Notes: generated by a model from the letters alone, not told the origin. Counted from the first letter of the stretch, positions 35,630 through 48,107 are shown. The stretch is DNA of 48,166 nt from Trypethelium eluteriae (GCA_051942245.1 JAVECL010000125.1:1-48166); one strand, 5' to 3'. A program made the numbers and translations.

Positions 35630-38600
35630 TCAAACCTGTTTCTTCAGACCCGGCCTCCCCCTGCCCCTCTTCACCGGCGCTACCGACTTTGCTGGGATCA
35701 CCTCCTCACTATCCGCTTCGCTCCCACTCTCATCTGACAGCTGGACCACCCTCTCCGCATCTACCATCCGTCTATTTACCGGAACGAACCCTGAAGTCCT
35801 TACCTGATTAGCCCCATTGACTGCCGGCGGCGGTGGGCGGAAAGTCTTCGTCATGGTGGACACAGATGTCGTATCTATTTTCGGAGCATGAGTCCCAGAC
35901 GCGGACAAGGATTGACGCTTAGTGGCGCCGACAATCTTGACCTTCTTCCCACCTTTGCGATCGAAGATGGAGCTTCCGACTTTAGATCCAACGCCTTTGA
36001 CAGGCATGGGTCTTGCGGGGAAGGGGTGCGCGGCGGTTTCGGCGCCTGCGCTTGTATCTTCTTCGGCATCAGGCTCGGCCGAGGAGTCCGAGTCGAAGTT
36101 TCCGGCGGCCCATTTCGCAGCTTTGATCTTGGCTTTGAGGTTCTCCTCTTCCTGCATGCGGGCAATTGCTTGCTGCGCGATCAATTGAGACATATCGAGG
36201 GTCGAGTTCTGGGTAGCAGGACCTAGTACTGAGTCCGTTGAAGCAGCGTCGCCTCTGTCGTCTTCTTCGTCATCGCTGATGTCGTTGGGCTGGTTGCCAG
36301 CGCTGGCTCGGACGGGTCGCATCGTAGGTCTCTTTCCAGCTTGAGCTCGCGTTGGTAAGGTCTGTCGCCGTGCTGCCTCTCTTATGCGATTGCGGCTGGG
36401 CCCGCGATCTTTCCAGTCGTCAGGGAGTATCTCCGGTAGCTCAGGATTGCCTTCATGTCTCTTCGCGAGGTAGGAGGAGATACGACGACGACCGTCAGCG
36501 TCGCGGCGATGATCGCTTGCGCCATCCAGCTGCATTGCAGCATCATCAATTTCCTCATCAGATTCCACCGTGACCTCTTCATACTGGAGCTGACGTTTCT
36601 TTGGTTTACCATCAGGGCCAGTGGTACGCCGCTTGTCCTTGCGTGTCCCAAAGGTCTCGTCTTGATCAACTCGATAGCGGAACTGCTTAGGCTGCTTGGT
36701 ATTTGTCTTGGGCCCAGCTTTAGGTCCAGCAACTTTTGGCGGTGCAATATCGGATTTCAAGAGTACGTTTTCTTCAGCTTCGATTTCAGGTATGTCTTGC
36801 CCGTTCTGGATCTCACGTGTAAGTGAGTTGTTTACGAGTTCAGCAAGTTTGTCTTTGTTGATTCGCAGCATGACGACCTTCTTCTTGCCTCTCTGTGCAG
36901 CCTGAAACATGATATAGCGGCCTTGCTTTCTAGCCTCTTCGAGAGCTTTCTTTTCCTTTTGCTTCATGAACTCTCTAGTAGCATCATTCTTCGGCAACTG
37001 CGTATCATCAACCTTCTTGCGCCTCTTGTTAGCAATAAAATTAATATCTGCACCGTCATCGCTAGCACGACGTCGCTTTTGGTTAACCTGGTTGTCCTCG
37101 TACAGCTCATCATCGTCATCAGCGCCATCTTGATAGTTATAACTAGGGTCTTCATAGTCTCCATCCTCGGGCTCCTGACGGTACATGACAGCTGCAGGCG
37201 CAACGTATCCTGAGTCATATTCCGCTCCATTTGATGGATCTGGGTATTGAGGTGACAAGAATAGGGTGTCGTCAGGTCTTGCACCGTCAAGCATTGCGGA
37301 TACATTTGGTAGAGGCGTGCTCGCGGCACCACCGTCGAAATTCTCCCCGTCGTCCAAAGACGGGTCGACAAATCCATTCTGACTACGCCGTGGGACACTT
37401 GCGGCGGCACCACTAGTTCCACCGAGCCTCGGATCGATAGCTGGCTCATTGTCAGCCTCGGTATGTGCGGCTTCTCTATCCCCATCCTCGACATAATGAT
37501 CATCCAGAGTTGCATCGGTCTCTTTGGCTCGTCGGGCTTCTTCGTGGCGCTGCCGTAAACGGGCAGTGTCTCTAGGATTCTCAAATGCGCTTTCTCTCAG
37601 CCAGTTGATGTTGGACTGGCTAAAGTCAACAAGACATTCCACGCTCCGTTCATCAGCCACCTTCTTGGTGTCATGACCAAGAAGAGTTCCTTTTGGTTGA
37701 TATGGTTTGAACCGTGCATCGTTCCTGCATGGTAGACGCGTGCATATACGTCGGCAATGCGGACACTTCCAGCGTGGATTCTCCATGATTTCGAGGGGCT
37801 TCTCGTCGAATCCACGAAATAGGACGCCATAGCACCACCATCGGTCACATGTCGAGCAACTACTCATCTTCCACTTGGCATGGCGATGGGCGCAATTATG
37901 ACAAGTATGGGAGTTCTTCAACCAAGTAGCAGATTGCTTCTTCTTGGTTTTCTTCACGATACCGTCATCGTTGACTTCAATTTCTTCTGATTCAGAAGCT
38001 TCCTTGGGAAGTTCTTTCGATTTGTGAACATCGTTCCAGGGACGGATCTTTATCTGCTCTTTGCAAACTTGTGCAAGCGTCTTCTTGTCCAATCTCTTGT
38101 ACTCATCCATCAGTGATAGAGGTGTCTTATCCGTCAGCCCGCCATCAAGCGCAATGATCTGCTCCCTCCAACCTTCATACCTTGAGGTGAGCTCTCTCCA
38201 TTTGAATTGTTCGACAAACTTGAGACCAGAGATACACGCGCAGCTTCGGCCCATTGCGAAACAGTGGAGGCACACGTCGTAGGGTTCCTCCGTGCCATGC
38301 CCGAGCATATCCTTGCACGAGGGACATGTCAAAAAGCGATTGAAGATGTTTCCCCGGCAATATGCGCACGTTACGTTACTGTCAAAAGGAAGCCACTGGC
38401 ATTTCTCTTGTGGACCATCAGGGTTGAACATCTCAGAAAGAAGTAGCTCTTTGAAGAGAACCAATAAGCGTTTGAAGTCTTTCTGTAACTGCCTTATTTT
38501 TGCGGGCATCTTGGGTGGAGCGTCACTACTGTAAGCTGGCCGGTATTGGGTCTTGGCCGTAGCTAGATGTCGCGAATATTTCTGTAGAGTGTAGTAAACC

Positions 38601-39745
38601 ATCGCCTTGTTTTTGTATTGTTCATCACGGCAGACCATACGCGCGTTCGGTAGAGCTTCGTGCAAGGCTAATTCCAGAGTTTCTACAGTGGTTCTGTTCC
38701 AAGCAGCTTTCATAGTCCGAGTGCCACGGTTCCAGACTTGATGTGGGGCCAATGGAGGAATCAAGATAAAATCGCCAACGCGTTGCTCGACGACATAAGT
38801 CTTGAAGGGTGCCCTTTTCCAAGCTACGACCTGAGCAAAATGGTTCTCCACCTCTATGTCATGACCCAGGACTGATAGCCAGTATTCAGCGACAAGATGC
38901 CGGTCCTTGGATTCGGTCATAAACCAAACGGAAGATCCTGGTATTTCTGGCTTGCCATCTTCAGACACATGATTTGACGTCTCGACCATGATGTTGTGCC
39001 CCAAGCTGGCGCACATCTCGCGATGCGCCGGCGTGTATGTACCCTCGTGTCCAATGTAGCACATCATATTATCTGCTCGCATATCTTGTGGGAGACTGCT
39101 CATGAGGTCGCCTGCTCTTGCAACACCTTTTCCCATCCTCTTGCCAGTGCTATTGGGTATTGGTTCCTCCACCGCACCAGGTCCACCAACCTCACCAGTG
39201 CTTTCGTTGTTGTAGAAGAGGATAGGGGGAATATGCTCCTTTAACTTTTCATGCCATACAGGTGGACAGTCAATGTCCTTTAGATAGACCCGCTGACGAT
39301 TTTGCTCTCGATAGGCATCTGACTTCTCAAAATACTGATTTGTGAGTTTCGACATGTTGTTGAGATAGTGTTTAACCGTTAGAGGCAGGCTATCTTTCGT
39401 TGTAAGATTGCGGGCGTTCTCGACTGTGTTGATAAAGACTTAGCGCTAATGTTTGTAGAATGGCAGCCTGGGCTCACCTTTATCCCCATGGTTGTCTCGC
39501 AGCCATCCAGGCGTAAATGTCCATGGATCCAAGAGGTCTTGAAAGCCTTCAATTATCAATGGTTTGCCTCCAACAATCACGTGTAAGGTGATGAGTTTTT
39601 CGAATTGTTCCATGCCGTTTTTGGCAATCATGTCCACAGAAATTCGGTCCACATAACGAAAGTTTTCGGTTTCCTCCACTAGCGCTCTCACATCGAAGTC
39701 TGGAGAGATGGGCTCAAATGCAGCCCTCCGCCTAGAGGCTGGCAT
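35630..39745 (-). CDS. dmm-1: JmjC-domain + Cys-rich zinc-finger + AT-hook chromatin protein, Neurospora DMM-1-like, 2 exons
   Basis: JmjC with HxE...H triad (YTPAHREMCASLGHN, LAPHQVWN); Cys clusters CAYC...CPSC...CLHC...CAC and CHNC...CSTC...CPHC...C; C-terminal KRGRGRP AT-hook. Intron 39424-39477. Orthology to DMM-1 is recalled from domain architecture. Confidence 0.8.
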
Positions 39746-40393
39746 GGTGACTTTCGCCCTCTAATGAACGCTCAGAGTCGGGTGGCTATGACTGTGTATC
39801 GTGATTGTCGAGAAAGAGGGAAGGATAGTGCGAGTCCCAGTCCCGCGTCAAGACGCGGTTACTCATGCTAGACGTGTCGCGAAGGGCCCGTTGTTGTTTT
39901 TGTTGTTGTGGCAAGGTGAAATACAGATAGGCGTTTCGCTTGTACTAGGTATAAGTGCCCGCAGGTCACAAGGAGAATAGCGGGGGAGACTGCAAGTCGG
40001 GAGTGTCGAAATACCGCAATGCGAACTCAAGAGCTCGGACCAAGTGGTGTTGACAAAATCTCGCGATTCATCTCACTCTGAACTACGTTATCTAGGTACA
40101 TTCACTCAGGCCACCAACGATTACTGAACCTGAATTCTACTTTCCAGAAATGTCAAATTTTTGAGAAGAGGCATTCCTTCACATGGATCACTTCATAGAC
40201 TCGAAGAAAATATCAATTGCAAATTAAAGATGTAATATAACCATCAATTGGGAGGCCGACTGAGCACCGTACAATACCTGCTCGGAATCGAAATTCGGTT
40301 CTCACGCGATGGTCACAATAGCACGAGTTCGTTATCTGCGAAAGAGATAGCTATTGTATCATCTGCTTACTATTTAGAAAGCATGCATCGCGT

Positions 40394-41650
40394 TTGGGCG
40401 AAATTCGTCATGGACCACCCGGGAATGCCTTACTGAGGTCCCTTCTAAATCAGAACAATCTTTTGAAAGACATAAAATCGTCGAACCATACAAAGCTTCA
40501 TTATTCTCTTGGCTGCTCGATTAGGCTCAAACAGAGGAGACATTCTTTTTGCGATCGGACTTCTTGCACTCATGGCATCTCCTGGCCTCTGCAATTTCAC
40601 ACGGCCTCAACCAATCATGATCGAACGAGGAGCACTGTAGCTGATCATGACATACCCATTGCTACCCAGAGCCGTGCATATGCTCCACCAAGAGCCGGCC
40701 TACTCTCTTATCTACCGGCATCAGTTGTCCCTTTCGCCGAACTCATCCGCCTTGACAAACCCGTAGGAACCTACTATCTCTTCTTTCCTTGCCTCTTCAG
40801 CACTCTCCTCGCCGCTCCCCTCACCATCCCAATCACACCTCCTCTCACCATCCTCAGCACTACATCTCTCTTCTTTCTCGGTGCCCTCATTATGCGCGGC
40901 GCCGGCTGCACCATCAACGACCTCTGGGACCGTAATCTAGACCCTCATGTCGCTCGCACGCGTCTCCGCCCAATCGCCCGAGGGGCTATATCACCGCAAA
41001 CCGCCATCATCTTCACGGGATTCCAGCTACTCGCCGGTCTCGGGGTTTTGGTTTCATTTCCACCCGCATGCTTCTTCTACGGCGCACCATCTCTGCTACT
41101 CGTCGCGACGTACCCGCTCGCGAAGCGGGTGACGTACTATCCGCAGTTCGTGCTCGGATTGACCTTCTCCTGGGGTGCGTTTATGGGCTTTCCGGCACTG
41201 GGGCTTGACCTGTTGTCGGATGCGAACCTGATGTTGGCGGCAGGCGCACTGTATGCGAGCAATGTGGCGTGGACGGTGCTGTACGATATGATTTATGCGC
41301 ACATGGATATCCGAGATGATGCGACGGCTGGGATCAAGTCTATTGCGCTGAGGCATGAAAGGAATACAAAAGCGGTGTTGAGCGGGCTTGCAGCAGTGCA
41401 GGTCGGACTGCTCGGGCTAGCAGGCTGGACAATAGGTGCGGGACCGGTGTATTATGTAGGTAGTTGTGGAGGAGCTATCGCGTCTCTGGGTTTGATGATA
41501 TGGAGAGTAAGGCTGAAAAGCGTAGAGAGCTGTTGGTGGTGGTTTAGGTATGGATGTTGGTTTACAGGAGGAGCGATTGCATTAGGATTGCTCGGCGAAT
41601 ATGGGTCGAGAGTGGTTGCGAAAGACAAGCACGAGGAGAGAAATTCGTAA
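40394..41650 (+). CDS. coq2: 4-hydroxybenzoate polyprenyltransferase (UbiA family); start codon unresolved
   Basis: ELIRLDKPVGTYYLFFPC, MRGAGCTINDLWDRNLDPHVARTRLRPIARG, YPLAKRVTYYPQFVLG, YDMIYAHMDIRDD-x-x-AGIKSIAL. No in-frame ATG lies upstream of MRGAG. Confidence 0.92.
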   Translation: MGEIRHGPPGNALLRSLLNQNNLLKDIKSSNHTKLHYSLGCSIRLKQRRHSFCDRTSCTHGISWPLQFHTASTNHDRTRSTVADHDIPIATQSRAYAPPRAGLLSYLPASVVPFAELIRLDKPVGTYYLFFPCLFSTLLAAPLTIPITPPLTILSTTSLFFLGALIMRGAGCTINDLWDRNLDPHVARTRLRPIARGAISPQTAIIFTGFQLLAGLGVLVSFPPACFFYGAPSLLLVATYPLAKRVTYYPQFVLGLTFSWGAFMGFPALGLDLLSDANLMLAAGALYASNVAWTVLYDMIYAHMDIRDDATAGIKSIALRHERNTKAVLSGLAAVQVGLLGLAGWTIGAGPVYYVGSCGGAIASLGLMIWRVRLKSVESCWWWFRYGCWFTGGAIALGLLGEYGSRVVAKDKHEERNS

Positions 41651-42214
41651 TCAGGTTTAAAGCCTCACGAATATTCATTACTTTCAGGACTAAAGGTAGT
41701 GCGTTTTCTACACGTAAAACGCCTTGTGAAGTCCAGTTGCTGTGGATTCAATAAGGCCCTTCGGAGGGCTTCATACCGAGCACAGAACTGCACAAAATTA
41801 CTGTCATCCGTGGATTGTTGTCACCTTGTCCTGCGTTTTCTCGGCCTGTGACTCTAAATAGGATGGCGTTGACGCTCGGCGTCTCAGGAGAACCAATGAA
41901 GTGGCTAACCACGAAGTTTCTGCATGTCACCTACGATAAGCCTTTCGGCAAGGCTCACCTCACAGGCGGAAGGGAGGCACTATGCACGACTTCCATTTAG
42001 TGCATCAATAGTGGGGGAATGACTCTTGCCTTCCCCCACCGATGGCCCTAGAAGTGCCGTCTCTTCCAGTAAAGTATTCACTCTCTTGAAGGTTTGTTCT
42101 GCTTCAAATCATCGGTCTCTACTCCCAATCGTCCTCTATTTCTCACCTAAGGTATAAAAATCCTCAGTCATCCGTTTTCGTCACCTTTTCCTTCTCTATA
42201 CATATGAACCAAGG

Positions 42215-43898
42215 ATGAGCGTGGGGCCGCCGAAACTGGATGTTGAAGATGACAAAGTCAGTCTGCTCAGTGCAGAATATGACCTCCACCAGCCTAATCG
42301 AAACGAAGTGATTAGCACAGATCCTGCTGTCAAGTCATCCTTACAAAGCCTACAGTATGTCGATGTACCCCGAACGGCTATACGACCTGTGTCGCCAGGT
42401 ACCCTCTCGAACTTTTCTGTGGAAGACGTTGAGCGGTCAAGGCAGGGGAGAAGAGGTCTTCCTCTCGTTCCCGGACATGGAAGACGAGAAAATGCATCAA
42501 GATCGCCTGCTCCGCCAAGGACCTGGAGGGAAAGGTGGGATGCATTCTGGCTGAGGAACAAGGGCTTGGTCTTGATGCTATTTGCTCAGGTCTTTGGTGT
42601 ACTGATGAATGTAACAACACGACTGTTAGAAATTGAGGGCAATGGAGGGAAGGGACTGCATCCATTTCAAGTGGGAACACCAAGCTATTGTCTCCCGGGC
42701 ACGACTAACAATTCACGCTCAGATTCTCTTCGCTCGTATGTTCATCACACTTATCTTGTCGAGTTCATACATGTGGTGTATGAAGACGCCCTATTTCCCT
42801 CTTGGCATGAAAGAAGTTCGCTGGCTGCTCGTCTTGAGAGGCATTGGGGGTTTCTTTGGTGTTTTTGGAATGTATTGTAAGCATCCCTCTAAACTGTGCA
42901 AACCAGTAAGACCCCACAGCTTATGCCTACGTACTAGACTCTCTCCTGTATCTTCCGCTCGCAGACGCAACCGTTATCACTTTCCTGGCGCCAGGCCTCG
43001 CTTGCTGGGCTTGCTCTATCCTCATCAAAGAACCTTATACACGTATCGAGCAAATTGGTGGCCTTATTTCAATTGTCGGTGTTGTTCTCATTGCCCATCC
43101 CACCTCGCTTTTCTCCAGCAACTCCAGCAACATCTCCCCTTCCGCGAGCGGCAGCGCCGACGGGCCTGCGGCTGTGAACGGTACCAAGATTGCTCCTCCC
43201 ACTGCCCCTGATGCATCGAGCTATGCAGATGTTACGCCTTCACAAAGGCTCGGTGCGGTGGGTATTGCGTTGATTGGGGTGATTGGTGCAGCAACCGCAT
43301 ACACCACAATAAGATGGATTGGCAAGCGTGCGCATCCTCTCATCTCCGTGAACTATTTCGCCGCATGGTGTACCGTCGTGAGCATCACAATGATGCTTGC
43401 TCTACCTGGAGTCGGCTTTCTCGTCCCCTCAGGTCTCAAAGACTGGGCGTATTTAATTTTCCTTGGAACCTGCGGTTTTATTATGGTAAGTCAGCCTCCA
43501 ATGCTCCCAACTCTTACTCAGTAAACTTACCATCATGTACTAATAACTCTACTTCTCCATAGCAATTCCTACTTGCCGCCGGCCTTTCCTACGAGAAATC
43601 GTCCCGCGCTACTAACATGACGTACACCCAAATGCTCTTCGCCCTTGCCTTCGACAAGCTCGTCTTCGGCACCACGCCAGGCCTCACCTCTATCATCGGT
43701 TCTAGCCTGATTCTCGGATCGGCTATCTACGTAGCTCTACAGAAAGATGCCGCCACGAAAAAGGAGGAGGGAAATGGGCAGGGGTACACAGGCGATGAGG
43801 AAGAAGCAAGAGGACTAGTAGAAATGTCACTAGAGAATGATGATAGAGAAAATGAAATTAGGAATGTTGAGGAGGTGCAAATGAGAACATTAAGGTGA
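42215..43898 (+). CDS. EamA/DMT (DUF6) transporter, 4 exons
   Basis: RNKGLVLMLFAQVFGVLMNVTTRLLE...HPFQ|ILFARM, LVLRGIGGFFGVFGMY, LPLADATVITFLAP, AYTTIRWIGKRAHPLISVNYFA, MTYTQMLFALAFDK. Introns approx 42671-42722, 42877-42938 and 43486-43562. Confidence 0.88.
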
Positions 43899-44359
43899 AG
43901 GCGCGGGAGGAGAACGCATAGGTATATAGACGGAATGAGGAATAGACTGATAGATTATGATATCTCGAATAAACTGAGAAATTTTTAACAATAATGAGGC
44001 CATATTGGCTTATAGGATATGAGTTGAGAGACCAGATTCTTTCGATCATCACAGCAGAAACGTAGGATGATGGCCGTAGAAACCTGATGTTCATTTTCGG
44101 AAAAGTCACCAACACGTAGATTATAACAAGACGTACGCTTGAATACCAGACTGGACGCCATATCGTTGGTGAACCTATGCATCCACAAATAATTGGAGCG
44201 CTAGCTTGCTTTTCTGAGCAAGATATCAGCACTCACAGTCTCGTATAATAATCAAAAGCTGCGTTCTATGTCAAATCAGTGTCGCAAATAGCCCAGACCA
44301 ACCCCATAACTCCACGCTGTAGCAACCGGGTATCAATCTTGCACAATCTCAGACAAAAC

Positions 44360-46364
44360 CTAAGACCGACCAAATAATCCTCCCAAGATCCCCCTCTTCT
44401 CTCCCGCCCTGACCTCCCTCGGCGTATCGTCCAGCGAAAACACCGAGGCAAACGCCGTCTCCAACCCAGTATCCACATAATCACTCTCCAAAAACCATTT
44501 GCTCGGCTTCAACTGCATATCTCCTGTCCCATCCTCATCGGCCTGCCGTACAGAGGAGGAGTTCCCAAGGCCTGCCTGCTCATCGGCGCCACTGCGTCTC
44601 ATTACAGCATCTTGGAAGAGATTCCGCTTTTGCTCACTCGGGCGGTGGAAGGAGAGTTGCGGCGGATTACGGAGCCGGAATGCCGGGGGTAGTGGCGCCG
44701 GTGGGAGAGTGCCACGGAATGGAGACTTGTAGTCTGGGACTGGTGCCGGGTTCTGCTGCTGCTGCTGGGATCCAGGGGCCACGAACGGCTGGACGGGCCG
44801 GCGTGGCTGGAACTGTGCTTGGGTAGGCGTCCACTCCATCGCATTTTCGGAATCGTAACTGTCAGAAGGTGTTGTCATGCTGTCGTCTTCAGGTGGTGGC
44901 GTGAGAGGTGTCACTGGAGAGGGATTATACGGGTTGCGGGATAGAGAGGTGGCGACGCGATCATAAGGGGTAAATGGAGACTGTTCGGCCTGTTGGCGCA
45001 TTTGCACAGCCGCTTGAACACGGTCGCGCTCCTCCCGGCGTCGTTGCTCACGGACTTCAGAGTGGTAAGGGTCGATATAGCGACGAGTTGACGAGGAGGG
45101 AGTAGTTGCCGAGTTGTAGTTGTCTTCTTTGGGTTGCACTTGCGTTTCGTCAAAAAGAGGTCTTCGCTGTTTGTTGAAGTTGAAACGAGTAGAGCGGTCG
45201 AGGTAGACAAGGCAGCAAGATTTGTACGTGGTCTGTAAAAATCAGTAGTTGAAACATGAAAGGATTGTTGAGGACTCACGAAGGCAAAGAGGATGAGCAT
45301 GACAACATGTCCGCCTCGAAAGGCCTTCGACGTGAGCCCAATTGATTTCGGATGATCCAAGTACTGCAACGCCCACCATCGAACCAGCGACACAAGGAGC
45401 TGCATTTGATAGTACTCCCCAAGCCCTTTCATACGTCCAACTCGCCTGTCAACAATTTTCGCTCGAAGACAATTATTCCACCAGAAGGATAGTAAACCGA
45501 GCTTAAGGCTCCATTTAGCAACAACATTGAGGACAAGGCCGCAGTAAGGATTGATGACTGATGTGCTCTTCGAATCAGAAATGCGAATAAGGTTGAAGAT
45601 GTTCGCCAAGTCATGAATTATTAGCTCTCTTATGCATTGTCCAACAAAATTCTGAGTGTAGATGTTATGCCGGTTTGACCTGTAATCGAAGGATTCAAGT
45701 GACACTTCCGTGACGTGCCAAACTAGTTGGCCGAGAATGCTGATCCACCACAAGAGCCCAGCGATGAAGATGACGATGCTTCTCCAGTTCAGAAGACCCA
45801 ATGCCATTATATTCCTCTCATTCTGCTTTGACTTCTGCAACATATGACGAGCGTTATCTGCCTTGGCAACGTAGAGCGCCCTGTCCAAGCGTTTTTCAGC
45901 CTTAGGAGCGCAATCCAAGCAGACTTGTGGGTAACGAAGCCCTAAATTCCTTTTAAATTCGGGAAGCGCCTTCTCAAACTCTAGATATCGAGGGTCATCG
46001 AAGTCGGGTAGGTACTCGGCGAGAGACTGCTGGTAAATGTGCTGGTTCGCCTGGCATTTGCGACAGAAGATCGGGTCGTTCCCGAATTCGAAGTCAGGCG
46101 AGGGACTTCGAGGAAAGCTTGATACATTCCGAGGACGCGGACAAGGACTATTTGAGTTGGCAGGAACGTCGGTGAAGTTGCCATTCTGCAAAGAAAAGCT
46201 TAGAATTGCTAGATGTTAGAGCTCTAGGGTCGAGGCCTTACTGCATCGAGATGATTGGTGGCATCACATGATTTACAATGCCATCCAGTTGCCCCTGATG
46301 AGGGAGCTTGCGAAGCCTTTGCACCACAATAAAAGCACAGAGGCTTGCGCGAGAAGGAAAGCAT
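44360..46364 (-). CDS. ima1: Inner nuclear membrane protein Ima1 (Samp1/NET5 family), 3 exons
   Basis: MLSFSRKPLCFYCG...WHCKSCDATNHLDA|NGNFTD, IFCRKCQANQHIYQQSLAEYLP...RYPQVCLDC (four CxxC), several TM segments, AMEWTPTQ, SPFRGTLPPAP and DTGLETAFASVFSLDD. Confidence 0.9.
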
Positions 46365-46719
46365 AGCTGCTGGATATAAAGGGTATCGATCGAGTCAGAG
46401 TAGGCAATCCTAAGCCGAAAGACCTTGCGCCAAGTCTGGAGATCAGTGTCGGAAATTCATGGAAAGGCTGTGAGAAGTCATTATGAGAGTGTGATAAAAA
46501 TCCAACGGTCGAAGAAAGGAAAACTCTGGAACCAGGTGTGTAGACAAAGGTGGTTTATCTCCGAAGTGACGTTCCGAGTGCAGCTCCAGTGGTGTTTTTT
46601 TGGTTCCCTTTTCGGTCACCGCCTGGCAGAAAGTAGTCCGCTACTACGTCCGAGCATTTGCATCTCAATACTGATCGCCTGGCGACTTAGCATACCAAAT
46701 ATCTATCTTCACACTTCAC

Positions 46720-47873
46720 ATGCAGCGCGTACTCGGTCGCTCGGCCGCTGCAGAGCGGCAGGCGGCTCGTCGTCTTAGCAAGTTACGAGACAAAAAGCTC
46801 AAGAAATCAATCAATAGATACCGTGTCGAAGTAACGCAGATGAAATCAAGGAACGTCCAAACAGTCAAGGAAGCTCGCCGACAACGGAAAGAAGACTGGG
46901 AGCTGGGTCCTCTGGCGCCGAAGCGAGATGTAGGAGATAACGCCGAGCGTTACGGGACAATGGATACGAGGCAAATGCACCTTCCACAACTCTTGAAAAA
47001 GGATAGAATGAAGCACTGGTTCATTCGCGAAGGCGATAGAGTAGCCATCGTAAAGGGAAGAGACCAGGGTCAGATTGGAAAAGTCCTCGCTATCCACAAG
47101 GATTCCGAGTCGGTCTCAATTAGCGGACTCAATATGGTATGACAGTTACTCAGCATCTCTACGAGCTGTACTAACCACGTGAGTAGATGGAAGTACGGGT
47201 GTCAGAATTCATGCGCAGGGAAGACAACGATCCTCGACCTACACGAGTCCTTCCAGGACCAGTACCCGTGAAAAATGTACGTTTGGTCCACGCCTACCTG
47301 GACCCCGAAACGCATATCCAGCGAGACATCATCGTAGAAGAGGTTACGATGACGGCGTATTGGCGCGATCCAGTCACTGAGAAAGTGAGCTTCGAGCGTC
47401 AGATCAAAGGTCTACCTTCAAATGAGCCTATCAGGGAAGGCTACAAAAGACCAGACTGGGAACGAATACCATGGCCGAAAGAGGAAGAAGAGCCGGAGAA
47501 GGAAGACCATGACAGTGATACCTTGCGCATCACCGTCGATGAGCGGACGTTTGTGCCTTCGCTTTTGCGGCCGCCAATGCCACCAAGTGTATTGGACGAA
47601 TTGCGCAACAAGTATAGCAAGTTCAGAACTCGACATGATCCGGAATACATTGAGGCTAAGCAAGCTGAGGATCTGGAGGCAGAGGCCAGGGAGGAGGTCC
47701 CTGAGTGGATGTTGCAGCCTTCTCGTGAGCTACGGGAGAAGGCCAAGAAGAAGGAGAGGCTCGTCAAACCTGCTGTGCCCGATCTCATGTCCGAGGAAGA
47801 TTTCTTAGTAAGAGTCGGAAAGTTGATGTCTGAGAGGGGTGTACCAGCGGAGCCTTTAGCAGCAAAAGCATGA
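46720..47873 (+). CDS. mrpl40: Mitochondrial large ribosomal subunit protein uL24m (MrpL40), KOW motif, 2 exons
   Basis: EDWELGPLAPKRDVG, KOW motif IREGDRVAIVKGRDQGQIGKV, DTLRITVDERTFVPSLLRPPMPPSVLDELRNKYSKFRTRHD. Intron 47137-47186. Confidence 0.9.
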
Positions 47874-47994
47874 GCAAAGCTTCGGTGATTCGGGAGTGTA
47901 AAACTGCATTTGCACGTGGGCGTTTTGCAATTTCTGTAAATTTGGTTTGTAAGATAAGGACAGGGCTTCAGTCGGCCCAAGAAGTTTCGCTTTC

Positions 47995-48107
47995 TTATGC
48001 GATACAATCCACCAACGCCTCGCTAAATAGAATATTGGCCTTCTCGGCTGTCTTCGCTCCAGATGATTGCTCTCGCTCGTGCTGAGGGAGATTCTCCTCC
48101 CAATATC
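47995..48107 (-). CDS. 3'-terminal exon of an unidentified gene that continues beyond the window
   Basis: TTGAC branch and TAG acceptor at 48110-48108, followed by GYWEENLPQHEREQSSGAKTAEKANILFSEALVDCIA* (TAA at 47997-47995). Confidence 0.55.

Noticed and set aside
35500..39745. DMM-1-like gene lying next to the accessory/RIP-like block as a functional unit
   Set aside because: DMM-1 acts in trans, so adjacency is most simply coincidence.
44753..44767. (CTG)5 microsatellite in ima1 (poly-Q), and T-tracts at about 8833 and 23955
   Set aside because: Ordinary short simple repeats.
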